Source: Terriglobia bacterium (GTDB lineage Bacteria > Acidobacteriota > Terriglobia > 20CM-2-55-15). Taken from it: a stretch of 64,000 nt of DNA. Positions 48,862 through 58,164 of the stretch are shown here, in pieces. Both the position numbers and the translations under genes were made by a program. How positions within the stretch are numbered: the first letter of the stretch is position 1; each line of letters begins with the position of its first letter. The stretch spans positions 416,001 through 480,000 of the forward strand of contig CBDAOY010000006.1 of NCBI GenBank assembly GCA_965198225.1, in the 5' to 3' direction. Below the pieces are notes generated by a model, which was not told the origin of the DNA, made no database searches, and saw only the letters and a program-made list of their open reading frames with translations.

Positions 48862-49120
48862 CGTCGCCTCGAGCAGAATTGACCCTGAGAAGTCCCCATG
48901 AACCAGTCCATGATTCCGCTGCCACAACGGCTCAGAAGTCAGCTGGCGACCGACATGAAGAAACGACGGCCGAACCGGATGTAACCACCGCTCGGATTCT
49001 CGCCGCTAAGAAAGTCCCAGGACGGACCTTAGAGACCGAGAACTCGACAACAATTGCTAGCCGCGTATCCCATCAGTTGATAAGCTTTTCTCATATATCC
49101 TTTCCATTCGAGGGAGAAGC

Positions 49121-49681
49121 ATGCTTCGGATACTCGCGATCGTCGCATTGTTGGCAGCGCCGCTCCTTTCCCAGGAACGGCAGGAGGCGGGCGCGCCGGA
49201 ACTGGTCGACATCGGCCGCATCACGAAGATCAATGCCAGGGACCAGTGGTTTGAACTCCGGGTCCGGGCATCCGAACCGGCACAGGCTCGCAGGACCGGG
49301 TCTGGAGGATAGGGTGGAGAGGTTCATGTCGGACTCGGGCGTCGCCTTCCGCGCGAACGTGGTGTTCCCATCCCGAACGATCCCAGTACCGGTGAACCCG
49401 TACCCGACCCCCGCAATGACCCTCGGACCGGTTTGCCCGACCCACGCCTCGATCCCCGGGCTCCATCTCCTGTTCCGATACCCCTGCCGTCTGCACCATC
49501 GGAGCGTACGCGTTACGTCACCTCCCGCGTTTTCGTTACCGACGATACGGTCATCGAGCACGACGGCAAGGCAATTAGTTTCCGCCGCCTCAAAGTCGGC
49601 TTTACAGTTGCCGTGACGGGGTTGATCAGGGGGACGCTGACAGAAGCGAGAAAGATCGAAGTCCAGTTCACAAACCAGTAG
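49121..49681 (+). pseudogene. Secreted DUF5666-like protein interrupted by one in-frame TAG (49310-49312)
   Basis: Signal peptide MLRILAIVALLAAPLLSQ after GGGAG; same frame continues past the TAG through a Pro-rich linker to VTDDTVIEHDGKAISFRRLKVGFTVAVTG...EARKIEV. Confidence 0.6.
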
Positions 49682-49746
49682 CGGATTCTCGCGGGGAACT
49701 CCGCTCTGGACGACCACGTCAAGCGCGCTTTGGGGCGGACGGAAGG

Positions 49747-52700
49747 CTAGGGGGTCGCGCGATCCGTCGCCTCGGCTTTGCGGGGTTGGACCGATCCCTC
49801 CATCAACAGCACCGACGGAATTGACGCGGGATCCGCGAGCCTCAACAACTGATAGCCGATACCCGACGCGCCCTGGAAGAGACCGGGGGAATACGCACCT
49901 TTCGGGAGTGCCGTAACCAGGTGATAGCCGCCGGACTCCCGGGCCCTGCTCATCAACCGGGCCGCCTGCCCGAGCGCTTGATCCATCAGGTCCTGCCGGT
50001 CGAGCCGTTGCCCCGCCGTCCACAGGAACTCGATCCGTCCGAAACTCCCACAACAGAGGTTGTCCGCCCCCTGCAGGCCGAAATCCCGGGTTGTTTGTAA
50101 GGCGATCTCGATCTCGGTCCGGATCGCCGTGAGTCGCGTGAGCGGTGTTCCCGCCAGGCGGGCCAGGCCGATTCCTGGGGCACCGTGGCACCAGGTGGTC
50201 ATGAAGGTCGGTTCAGGCCGGCTATCATCGAATTGACGGAGATCCTCCCAATTCCCTTTCTCCGGAGAGAAAAGGGTTCGCTCGTAGGCCAGAAGGTCCT
50301 CGGCGGTCTCGAGAAACAGAGCGCTCCCGCTTGCGTTATGGAGTTGAGCCAGCGCATAGGCCATGCCCGCTGCGCCGTGGGATAGACCGCTCAACAGCAC
50401 GCCGTCTCTTCTACCTGCCACATTCCCGGCGAAGTCGTCGCGCCTGAGAAGCTGCGCACGCAGGTGCTCGCCACAGACGACAGATTGTCGCAAGAACTCT
50501 TCCTCATCCGTAGCGTCGTACAGGGCAAGCAACGCCAGGACAGCGCCGGCGGCTCCGGAGACGATATCGAGTGCGCTGTCGTTCTCTATCCGGTCTGGTG
50601 TCATCAGGGAGGCCGCTCGACAGGCGTCTCCGAGCAGGGAAGGGTCTCCCAGGAACCGTCCCGTCTGCACCAGAGTGAAGATCAACGCACCGAGGCCGGT
50701 CAACCCGCCGATGAGCGCGCCCCTGGCAAGAGCCTGGGCCTGCTCGGCGTCATGCAGCCGCTCGCGTACCGGCTGCAGAGCCGCTAGGGATAATTCCCGA
50801 AATCCCGCCCCGCTTGTCGTCTTCTCCAGGGCGGCAAGAAAAAGGGCCACACCGCAGACGCCGCCGTAGAGATCGACTCCCATGGGTTGAATCCGAAACT
50901 TGCCCGCGGGGGGGACGGGAGCCGAAGTAATCCAGGTCGCGCTGCCGTCGGGCGCCACGATCGCCCTTTCCTGCAGGTCCGAGGCGATGGCAACGGCTTC
51001 CGCGATCGCCTTCTCCGGAGTCAGGTTGACGATCTGCCGGGACAGTTCCGTGCTGAGCTCAGACGAGACAGCTCCAACCCGGGCCCGCGTATGGAAGGAA
51101 AGACGGATGACATCAATCTGGCGCTTCATGTCCCGCTCGTCGAGATCACCGATTCGGGCCGTCACGCGTTCAAGGCCCGATTCCTCGAACCAGTCATCGA
51201 TGGTCCGCCCGGCAGAGACCTTCAGGGACCTGCTTTCTGGCAAGACCGAGAAATAGGGGATATCCAGGTTTTCCAGGTCACGGATTTCCGTGTCGAGAAT
51301 AGGCCAGAAGGACGGCTTTGAACCTCCTCTCAAAAGATCGGCGGCGAGAGATTCCAACTCGATACTGCGATCAGCGCCATCCCGCATGTATTCGGGACGG
51401 AGGGTTTTCATGAAGAGCGCCCCGTAGGTCTTCGTCGGCCTGAAGATGAACCGCACCTCATGCTGGGCGAGGCCGCTCATGCATCGTTCGAAATCCGGCG
51501 CCGCACGGTGCTCGAGAATCAACCCGTACACCGTCTGAAACCCCAGCACGATGTCGTCGACGAACCGATCGGGAGAATGGCCCGTGCCGGAGATAAAAGG
51601 CACGTTCTGCGCTGCGGTGCGCTTGAGTTTCTGGTGCTCCAGCGTCATGGCGTCGGTGTTGATATGCTGCCAGTCAAGGTGCGCGAAATCGGTCTCCTGA
51701 TCCGACACGCCCCCCAAACCGCTGACGTCGAAACTTTCGCCTCTTGCGCCGACATGCCATAACGGCAGGAGACCGGTGTCGAGAACTGACTCGGAGAGCA
51801 TTCGATTCGCCAGAGCTTCCGCCCCGGACCGGACTCCCTCGTTCGGTCCTGCCGCGGGAAGGGGGCGCATCAACGTCTCCACGTCGATGAGGACCGGATG
51901 CTCACCGCTGGCGATCATGTTCTCGAAATGCAGGTCGTAGCCGTGAAGGGCGTGTGCCATCGCCAACAGCATCCCGGAGCGCCGATAGTAGCGTTCGAGC
52001 TCCTGCCGGTCGTCGGTGGGTTCGTGGACAACGTACTCGGCCCAGCCGTAGCCGGAGCAACTGAGAACTTTGAGACGCCTTAGTGGGGGCGCGGCGCCCC
52101 TGGCGTTCAGGCAATCGATCAAATCGCCGAAGGCCTGCTCGGAACCCATGTCTCTGGGCTTGTAGATTAACTGCAGCCCGCAAGAGAACACCAAGCCGAT
52201 CACGGCGTTCCCGCCCCGGTGCCGGTCGGAGAGAAAGGGTCCGAGTTCATCGATCACTCCAAGACCGGTGTCTTCACGTCCAAAGGTCTCCGCTATCAGC
52301 GGCCAGTCTTTCTCGAGACGAAGCAAGAACACGCTCATCGCCTCGATCCAGGTTTCGGTCAAGACAACAGAGAGACGGGCCAGAACAGCGTATTCCAGAA
52401 AGAACTCAATGAGGCCGCCTTCGACCATTCGAGACACGTAGGCGCGATAGAGAGTCCGCGATGATTCTTCCTCGGAAGATGACAAACGGTCAAAAACCGA
52501 AGACCGTCGCTGCGACAGGAAGATCGAGAACTCCAGTTGCAGGGAAGGGGCGGCGAAGTAAGACAGCCACTTCAAAAGACCCCGTTCCAGATCGGAACGG
52601 GCCCCGTGGCTTAGATGGGGATAACTGGAACCTGCTCGTTCCCGTAATCGCCTTCGGGCAACAGCGATGAAAGGCAGGAAAAGATCCTGGAAAGGGACAG

Positions 52701-53055
52701 GATCGTCGAATGGCAGGAGGCGGGACACTGCGGTTTCGTCGCCGTCCGGGGAAGCATCCGCCGCTTCCAGGACTTCCCGCAAGGTCGCCGGCCAGGAAAG
52801 TTTCGAACCGTCGGCCGGTTGGACGACGCCTAATACTTCTCGGGCTCGGATTTGGTCGAAGCCGTCCCAGGCAAGCCTTTTCTGCCATCGTTCGCGATCG
52901 CCGGTGGCCGCGTTCCTCGTCCACCGCTCCAGGCGAGCCCGGACGGTGTCGGCTCCGGTACTGCCACGGTCTGGCGTGTATTCAGGACCGAAGCGCTCCA
53001 GCAGCGTGCTGGCCCGGCCAGCGATGGTTCGCAGATCCGCCGCGGAGATTTTCAT
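49747..53055 (-). CDS. lanM: Class II lanthipeptide synthetase
   Basis: Dehydratase motifs SDRHRGG, IYKPR, YGWAEYV, DLHFENM, PVLIDVET, RFIFRPTKTY; LanC cyclase motifs DLYGGVCG, DIVSGAAG, GLSHGAAG, WCHGAPG, LCCGSFG, GLFQGASGIGY. Confidence 0.96.
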   Translation of the reverse strand: MKISAADLRTIAGRASTLLERFGPEYTPDRGSTGADTVRARLERWTRNAATGDRERWQKRLAWDGFDQIRAREVLGVVQPADGSKLSWPATLREVLEAADASPDGDETAVSRLLPFDDPVPFQDLFLPFIAVARRRLRERAGSSYPHLSHGARSDLERGLLKWLSYFAAPSLQLEFSIFLSQRRSSVFDRLSSSEEESSRTLYRAYVSRMVEGGLIEFFLEYAVLARLSVVLTETWIEAMSVFLLRLEKDWPLIAETFGREDTGLGVIDELGPFLSDRHRGGNAVIGLVFSCGLQLIYKPRDMGSEQAFGDLIDCLNARGAAPPLRRLKVLSCSGYGWAEYVVHEPTDDRQELERYYRRSGMLLAMAHALHGYDLHFENMIASGEHPVLIDVETLMRPLPAAGPNEGVRSGAEALANRMLSESVLDTGLLPLWHVGARGESFDVSGLGGVSDQETDFAHLDWQHINTDAMTLEHQKLKRTAAQNVPFISGTGHSPDRFVDDIVLGFQTVYGLILEHRAAPDFERCMSGLAQHEVRFIFRPTKTYGALFMKTLRPEYMRDGADRSIELESLAADLLRGGSKPSFWPILDTEIRDLENLDIPYFSVLPESRSLKVSAGRTIDDWFEESGLERVTARIGDLDERDMKRQIDVIRLSFHTRARVGAVSSELSTELSRQIVNLTPEKAIAEAVAIASDLQERAIVAPDGSATWITSAPVPPAGKFRIQPMGVDLYGGVCGVALFLAALEKTTSGAGFRELSLAALQPVRERLHDAEQAQALARGALIGGLTGLGALIFTLVQTGRFLGDPSLLGDACRAASLMTPDRIENDSALDIVSGAAGAVLALLALYDATDEEEFLRQSVVCGEHLRAQLLRRDDFAGNVAGRRDGVLLSGLSHGAAGMAYALAQLHNASGSALFLETAEDLLAYERTLFSPEKGNWEDLRQFDDSRPEPTFMTTWCHGAPGIGLARLAGTPLTRLTAIRTEIEIALQTTRDFGLQGADNLCCGSFGRIEFLWTAGQRLDRQDLMDQALGQAARLMSRARESGGYHLVTALPKGAYSPGLFQGASGIGYQLLRLADPASIPSVLLMEGSVQPRKAEATDRATP

Positions 53056-53222
53056 GAACGGTCAGGTGGGCTTGCGGTTGCATCAGACGGGAAAGACTTC
53101 TCGCCGCGGCGTGCCGGCCGACGTCCGCCCCCGTGTCTTTCATTCGGATGACGTTCGTCCGGCCGACCGGCGCGCCTTAGAGTCGTTGCGGACCCTCAGG
53201 CGACGCCATTCTTGCCGGGCAT

Positions 53223-53642
53223 CTACCCGCGGAAATCGTCGCAACCAAACACGGTGCATCCACCGCCGTACGCGCTGTAGCAAAAGGCGCTGTCGGTGAT
53301 GGCGCTATTGGTACCCGCTGCTTGGATCCTATCCACATCGATGCCCGGGCCGGGAATGCCGGATTGGCCAATGCCCCCCCTCCTAAAAGTCGGGTCTCCT
53401 CCTCCTCCGGCAACGGCATCGAGCGCATCGTCGCTCAAGAGGCCGCTCGGTATCTGCGGAAGCACAAAGTAGGCGATATTCTCCGCCTCCTCGACAACCT
53501 TGATCTCCAGACTGTCCGGAATCTGGGCCCCGGTCTCGCGGGCAATAACTCCCTTCGGGTCGTTGATCAACTCCTTCCTGAACGCCTCGTCCTTTAACGC
53601 TTTCGCGATGATATGCAGTCTTTGCTCCATCGTAGAAGCCAT
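53223..53642 (-). CDS. NHLP-leader RiPP precursor (LanA)
   Basis: IIAKALKDEAFRKELINDPK...IKVVEE...YFVLP...LSDDALDAVAGG leader; 59-aa core with 8 Ser/Thr and 3 Cys; AAGGAGG RBS; directly upstream of lanM. Confidence 0.93.
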   Translation of the reverse strand: MASTMEQRLHIIAKALKDEAFRKELINDPKGVIARETGAQIPDSLEIKVVEEAENIAYFVLPQIPSGLLSDDALDAVAGGGGDPTFRRGGIGQSGIPGPGIDVDRIQAAGTNSAITDSAFCYSAYGGGCTVFGCDDFRG

Positions 53643-53830
53643 ATTGTATCCTCCTTGTTGAGATGAATCCTCCCCATCGATATTCGAGTTTCCGAGAAGG
53701 TCATGTGCGGTTCAAGTAGAATCGGATACCGGCATTCAAAGCTCGGGAGTAAGCCTGAACGGGGACGCTGGACTCCCGTTGCGGGTAGAGGGATCCGGCC
53801 GACAAGCGAGCTCTCGATTCAGGAGGAGAT

Positions 53831-54661
53831 GTGACACCGACGAAGGCACCGGCGCCATCATTCATTTATGGAACGGCGTGGAAGAAGGAGGCCACGGCGG
53901 AGCTGGCCGGAACTGCGACGCGCGTCGGTTTCAAGGCGATCGACACGGCCAACCAGCCCAGGCACTACCAGGAGCCGCTGGTGGGCGAAGCACTGGAGTC
54001 GCTCGCCTCAGCCGGCACTCCGAGGGAGTCCCTGTGGGTGCAGACTAAATTCACTCCGTTTAACGGCCATGATCACCGGGTGCCTTATGACCCTGGCGTA
54101 GATCTGACGACGCAGGTGAGCCAGTCTTTCGAGTCCTCTCTTCGAAACCTGAGGACCGACTACGTCGATTCCTATCTCCTGCACGGTCCCTATTCCTATC
54201 CAGGGCTCGGAGACGACGACTGGGAGGTCTGGAGAGCCATCGAAGAAATACACAGGTCGGGTCACGCGGACATGATCGGTGTCAGCAACGTCATGCCCGG
54301 GCAGCTTCGCACGCTCGTGGAACAGGCTGAAGTCAAACCCATGGTCGTACAGAACCGGTGTTTTGCGGACCGCGGGTGGGATCGACAGGTCCGCGAGATC
54401 TGCCGAGCGAAGGGAATAATGTACCAGGGATTCTCCCTCCTGACGGCGAATCCCGACCTGCTCCGCCACCCGGAGGTGGTGTCTATCGCCGGAAGGCTCG
54501 GGGTCGAGCCCCAGCAGGTAATCTTCCGCTTCGCAATGCAGGCAGGAATGGTGCCGTTGACGGGAACCACTTCCGAACAGCACATGAGAGAGGACCTCAG
54601 CGTCTACGAGATCGAGCTGAGCGCCGATGAAGTCGGCCTTATTGAGTCCATCGCGGGATGA
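53831..54661 (+). CDS. Aldo/keto reductase
   Basis: IYGTAWK, IDTA, QTKFT, SLRNLRTDYVDSYLLHGP, IGVSN, VVQNR, YQGFS. Confidence 0.93.
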   Translation: MTPTKAPAPSFIYGTAWKKEATAELAGTATRVGFKAIDTANQPRHYQEPLVGEALESLASAGTPRESLWVQTKFTPFNGHDHRVPYDPGVDLTTQVSQSFESSLRNLRTDYVDSYLLHGPYSYPGLGDDDWEVWRAIEEIHRSGHADMIGVSNVMPGQLRTLVEQAEVKPMVVQNRCFADRGWDRQVREICRAKGIMYQGFSLLTANPDLLRHPEVVSIAGRLGVEPQQVIFRFAMQAGMVPLTGTTSEQHMREDLSVYEIELSADEVGLIESIAG

Positions 54662-54703
54662 GAGTGGAACGTTTCGAATCGGGCATAGGACAGGGCAACC
54701 TTC

Positions 54704-56122
54704 GTGGATGAAACCAATACCATCGAAAGACAGAGTCGTTTCGAGCTTCCCGACATCTATGTGATCCTGTTCAGCTTCATCGTTTTCGTTTCGATTCTGA
54801 CCTGGATTATTCCCGCCGGCGCCTACGAGCGAACCTTGCTGCCCAACGGCCGGGAAACGGTCGTGGCCGGTTCCTACCGCGTTATAGAGCAGACGCCCGT
54901 CGGCATCATGGATGTCGTGACGTCGATTCCGGACGGGCTGAGGGACGCGTCGAGCATCGTATTCCTGGTGCTGCTCGTCGGAGGGGCGGTCGGCGTCGTT
55001 CGCCGTACCGGCGTCATCGATCTGGGGATTCAGCGCTTGATGGCGCTCATGGGCTCCCGCGTGGAGCTGCTGATTCCAACTCTGATGGGCGGGTTCGCGT
55101 TGATAGCGGCCTTCATCGGAACACCGGAGCTGTCCCTGGCCTACCTGCCGATCATCCTCCCCCTGATGCTTCGCCTGGGATACGACACGTTGACCGCGAC
55201 GGCGATGGTTTTGTTGTCGACAACCCTTGGATTTGCTTTCGGGATCTCGGTGCCGGCCACGATTGGGATCGGCCACCTGTTGGCAGAGCTGCCGATGTTC
55301 TCCGGGGCATCGTATCGGACCGTGTTCTTCCTGGTGATCCAGGTTTCTTCTGCAGCGTTCGTGTTTCGGTACGCACGAGGGGTGAAGGCCAATCCGGAGA
55401 TCGCGCTGAACGCCGACGAAGACGCGAGACTCCGGGAGGAGTTGAGTGACGACGGCGACGCCCCCCAGACCTTTACCGCACGGCAGCGGGTGGCGGGGAT
55501 CGCGGCGCTGGGCATGTTCGTTGCTTTCGTCGTAGGTGTCCTGAGGCTCGGCCTGGGATTCGAAGAGATTTCCGGGTTGTTCGTTGCGATGGCCGTCATC
55601 ACCTCCCTGATTGCAGGCCACCGGCTCAACCAGATCTGCAGCAACTTCAACTTCGCGTTCAGAGAGATCCTTGTTGGAGCCCTGATCTGCGGCGTGGCTC
55701 GCGGGGTGTCGGTGGTCATGGTCCAGGGAAACATCATGGACACCGTGGTCTTTTACCTGAGCGGCCTGGTGGGATCGCTACCGGACGCGCTTACTGCTGT
55801 GGGGATTCTGCTGACCCAGGCGGTCTTCAACTTCCTGGTGCCTTCCGGCAGTGGCCAGAGTCTGATCACTCTCCCGATTCTCATCCCGCTGGCGGACCTG
55901 GTAGGGTTGACGCGTCAGGTCGTCGTGCTGGCGACTCACTGGGGTGATGGCATCACGAATATTGTTTTCCCGACGTCCGGCTATTTCATAGCCACACTCG
56001 TCATGGGTCGAGTCAGCCTCGGCAGGTGGCTCAAGTTCTATCTTCCGTTTTTCTGGTTTGTCCTGGTGGTCGCTGTAGTCGGATTGATCGTTGCGCAGAA
56101 CATCGCGCTCGGTCCTTTCTGA
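54704..56122 (+). CDS. YfcC/DcuC-like (C4-dicarboxylate anaerobic carrier family) transporter
   Basis: LTWIIPAGAYER, FNFLVPSGSGQ, PLADLVG, GDGITNIVFPTSG. Confidence 0.88.
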   Translation: MDETNTIERQSRFELPDIYVILFSFIVFVSILTWIIPAGAYERTLLPNGRETVVAGSYRVIEQTPVGIMDVVTSIPDGLRDASSIVFLVLLVGGAVGVVRRTGVIDLGIQRLMALMGSRVELLIPTLMGGFALIAAFIGTPELSLAYLPIILPLMLRLGYDTLTATAMVLLSTTLGFAFGISVPATIGIGHLLAELPMFSGASYRTVFFLVIQVSSAAFVFRYARGVKANPEIALNADEDARLREELSDDGDAPQTFTARQRVAGIAALGMFVAFVVGVLRLGLGFEEISGLFVAMAVITSLIAGHRLNQICSNFNFAFREILVGALICGVARGVSVVMVQGNIMDTVVFYLSGLVGSLPDALTAVGILLTQAVFNFLVPSGSGQSLITLPILIPLADLVGLTRQVVVLATHWGDGITNIVFPTSGYFIATLVMGRVSLGRWLKFYLPFFWFVLVVAVVGLIVAQNIALGPF

Positions 56123-56160
56123 TCGGCAGATCGCCGCTTCACATAAAAGAGGAGGGTGCG

Positions 56161-56655
56161 TTGGCAAAGGTGCACAAACTGAAAGTCGAGCTGATGACGG
56201 CGGAGGCGTTCGCGCCATTCGGGGAAGTCATGGAAGCGAAGGAGCGGCCTTCGGACGAACGTCGGTTCTTTCCCATAACCTTCGATATCGACGGCAAGAC
56301 GACGGTGGACGTCATCTGGCAGCCCTATGAGGAACGTACGTTCACCACGCTGGAACGCCACTTCAACGTGACCCAGAGCTTCATCCCCCTGGAAGGATCG
56401 TTGGCCGTCGTCGCAGTGGCCCCACCGACGGATCTTGGCGACCGGGAAGCTGTTCCTGAACCAGACGAGGTGCGCGCTTTCATGATCGACCCCACCAAAG
56501 GCTTCGCCTACAAAACGGGAACCTGGCACTCTCTGAATCGATACATCCTCTCTCCGCCGGGGGCCAGTTTCATCATCCTGAACGTCGACCCCAATCCGAG
56601 CCAGGTGGTGGACTACGAGAAGGATTTCGGCGTCATCTTCGAGGTGGATATCTAG
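56161..56655 (+). CDS. allA: Ureidoglycolate lyase family protein
   Basis: MTAEAFAPFGEV, LERHFNVTQSFIPL, VRAF, GTWH; GAGGAGGG RBS before TTG. Confidence 0.8.
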   Translation: MAKVHKLKVELMTAEAFAPFGEVMEAKERPSDERRFFPITFDIDGKTTVDVIWQPYEERTFTTLERHFNVTQSFIPLEGSLAVVAVAPPTDLGDREAVPEPDEVRAFMIDPTKGFAYKTGTWHSLNRYILSPPGASFIILNVDPNPSQVVDYEKDFGVIFEVDI

Positions 56656-56763
56656 CAACCCATTGGAGCTCGTTCGATCGCCGCCCCGGTCTGGATTGCT
56701 TGTCGGCAGACACCACACCGTCTAGAATACCGGCACTGGAGCAACCCTTTTGGAGGCAGCAAT

Positions 56764-57699
56764 ATGAAGTTAGTCAAGGTGTTGATTCTCTCGGTCATCG
56801 TTGTCCTGACCGCGTCTGCCCTCGCACCCGATTCCCTGGGACAGCGTGGCCGACGGGGACGTGGCCCCCTTACACCCGAACAGGAGGCCGCTCAGGCCGC
56901 TCGTCGGGCGGCTTCGGCACCGGACGCCCCGCGCCCGATCGACATGCTGGACACGGTCTGGATCGAGGAGATGTCCTGGATGGAAGTCCGCGATGCGATC
57001 GCTGCGGGCAAGACCACCGCCATCATCGGCAGCGGCGGACTCGAGCAGAACGGTCCGTATTCCCCGACAGGCAAGCACAACTACGTACTGCAGACGACCA
57101 CCGAGGCCATCGCCCGAAAACTGGGCAACGCCCTGATCGCCCCGATCGTGACGATGGAACCGGGCAACCCCGAGCGTGAGGACCTCTATCCCGGCAGCGT
57201 GTATATCACCCAGGACACGTTCAGGGCGGTTCTTACCGACATGTCGACCAGCCTGAAGACCATGGGATTCAAGAACATCATCATGGTCGCCGACAGCGGT
57301 AGCAACACAAGAGGAATGACGGAGGTCACGGCGGCGCTCAACGATAAGTGGAAGGGGAACCCGACACGGGTTTTCTACATCACGGAGTACTACACCGAAG
57401 ACCGCTGGAGCTACGACTACCTGAAAGAGATCGGCATCCACCAGCAGCCGGATGTCCAGTCCGCGACACGCTACGACATCCACGACGACTACCACTACGA
57501 GTCGCTGATCGCCGTCGTCGCCCCCGACCTGATCCACCCCGAGCAGCGCAAGAAGGCCGGGAAGTTCGTCATCAACGGTGTGGAAATGGAATCGATCGAG
57601 AAAGTCATCGAAAACGGAAAGAAACTCGCCGCCTACCGTGCCGAGATCACCGTCAGAGCGATCGAGAAAGCGATGGCGGATTGGGGGGCGCCGCAGTAG
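56764..57699 (+). CDS. Exported creatininase family protein
   Basis: Signal peptide; EEMSWMEVRDAI, GGLEQNGPY, KHN, DSGSN, DIHDD. Confidence 0.85.
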   Translation: MKLVKVLILSVIVVLTASALAPDSLGQRGRRGRGPLTPEQEAAQAARRAASAPDAPRPIDMLDTVWIEEMSWMEVRDAIAAGKTTAIIGSGGLEQNGPYSPTGKHNYVLQTTTEAIARKLGNALIAPIVTMEPGNPEREDLYPGSVYITQDTFRAVLTDMSTSLKTMGFKNIIMVADSGSNTRGMTEVTAALNDKWKGNPTRVFYITEYYTEDRWSYDYLKEIGIHQQPDVQSATRYDIHDDYHYESLIAVVAPDLIHPEQRKKAGKFVINGVEMESIEKVIENGKKLAAYRAEITVRAIEKAMADWGAPQ

Positions 57700-57801
57700 C
57701 AGGATCCGTCAACCGGAACACCCTTAGTCGAGGCGACCCCGCGATCATGTGGGGTCGTCCCCACAGCCTGGAACCTTCACCGATCATCCTTGTCCAAATC
57801 C

Positions 57802-57871
57802 GTGTAGGTGCGGTCTATGACCGCACATTCTTCGATCCGACACAACGTGCGCTCATAGAGCGCACCTACAC
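57802..57871. repeat. REPIN-like doublet (copy 8)
   Basis: GTGTAGGTGCGGTCTATGACCGCAC ... GTGCGCTCATAGAGCGCACCTACAC. Confidence 0.9.
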
Positions 57872-57883
57872 CCGATCACCACC

Positions 57884-58003
57884 TCATTGTGCTCTGCCAG
57901 CGAGCTGACCTGCCGGGCGCGTGTGATTGATCCACACTTCCGCTACGAGCAGGTTGACGCCGAAGCCCAGCCAGAAGGAGACACCGAATATCTCCTCGAT
58001 CAA
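57884..58003 (-). pseudogene. C-terminal remnant of a membrane protein (DUF2306-like)
   Basis: LIEEIFGVSFWLGFGVNLLVAEVWINHTRP...stop; truncated at the tRNA-like repeat starting at 58005. Confidence 0.45.
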
Positions 58004-58164
58004 GGGTCGCGGGTTCAAATCCCTCCTTCGCGATCGGCAGCTAACAAATGGAAGGTCACCGATGGTGGCCTTTTTGTGCCTCTTACCACCTCCGCGGACC
58101 GTGTTATTCTCTGAAATTCCACGAGGCCGCGCACAACTAATGAGCCGGCCTGGCTGGGAGGCCT

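Noticed and set aside
49310-49312. Pyrrolysine recoding
   Set aside because: No pyl genes in the window, and many neighbouring genes use TAG as a normal stop.
1982-57871. Repeated 25-bp palindromic unit as a CRISPR array
   Set aside because: Copies are dispersed inverted pairs, not tandem direct repeats with unique spacers, and no cas genes are present.
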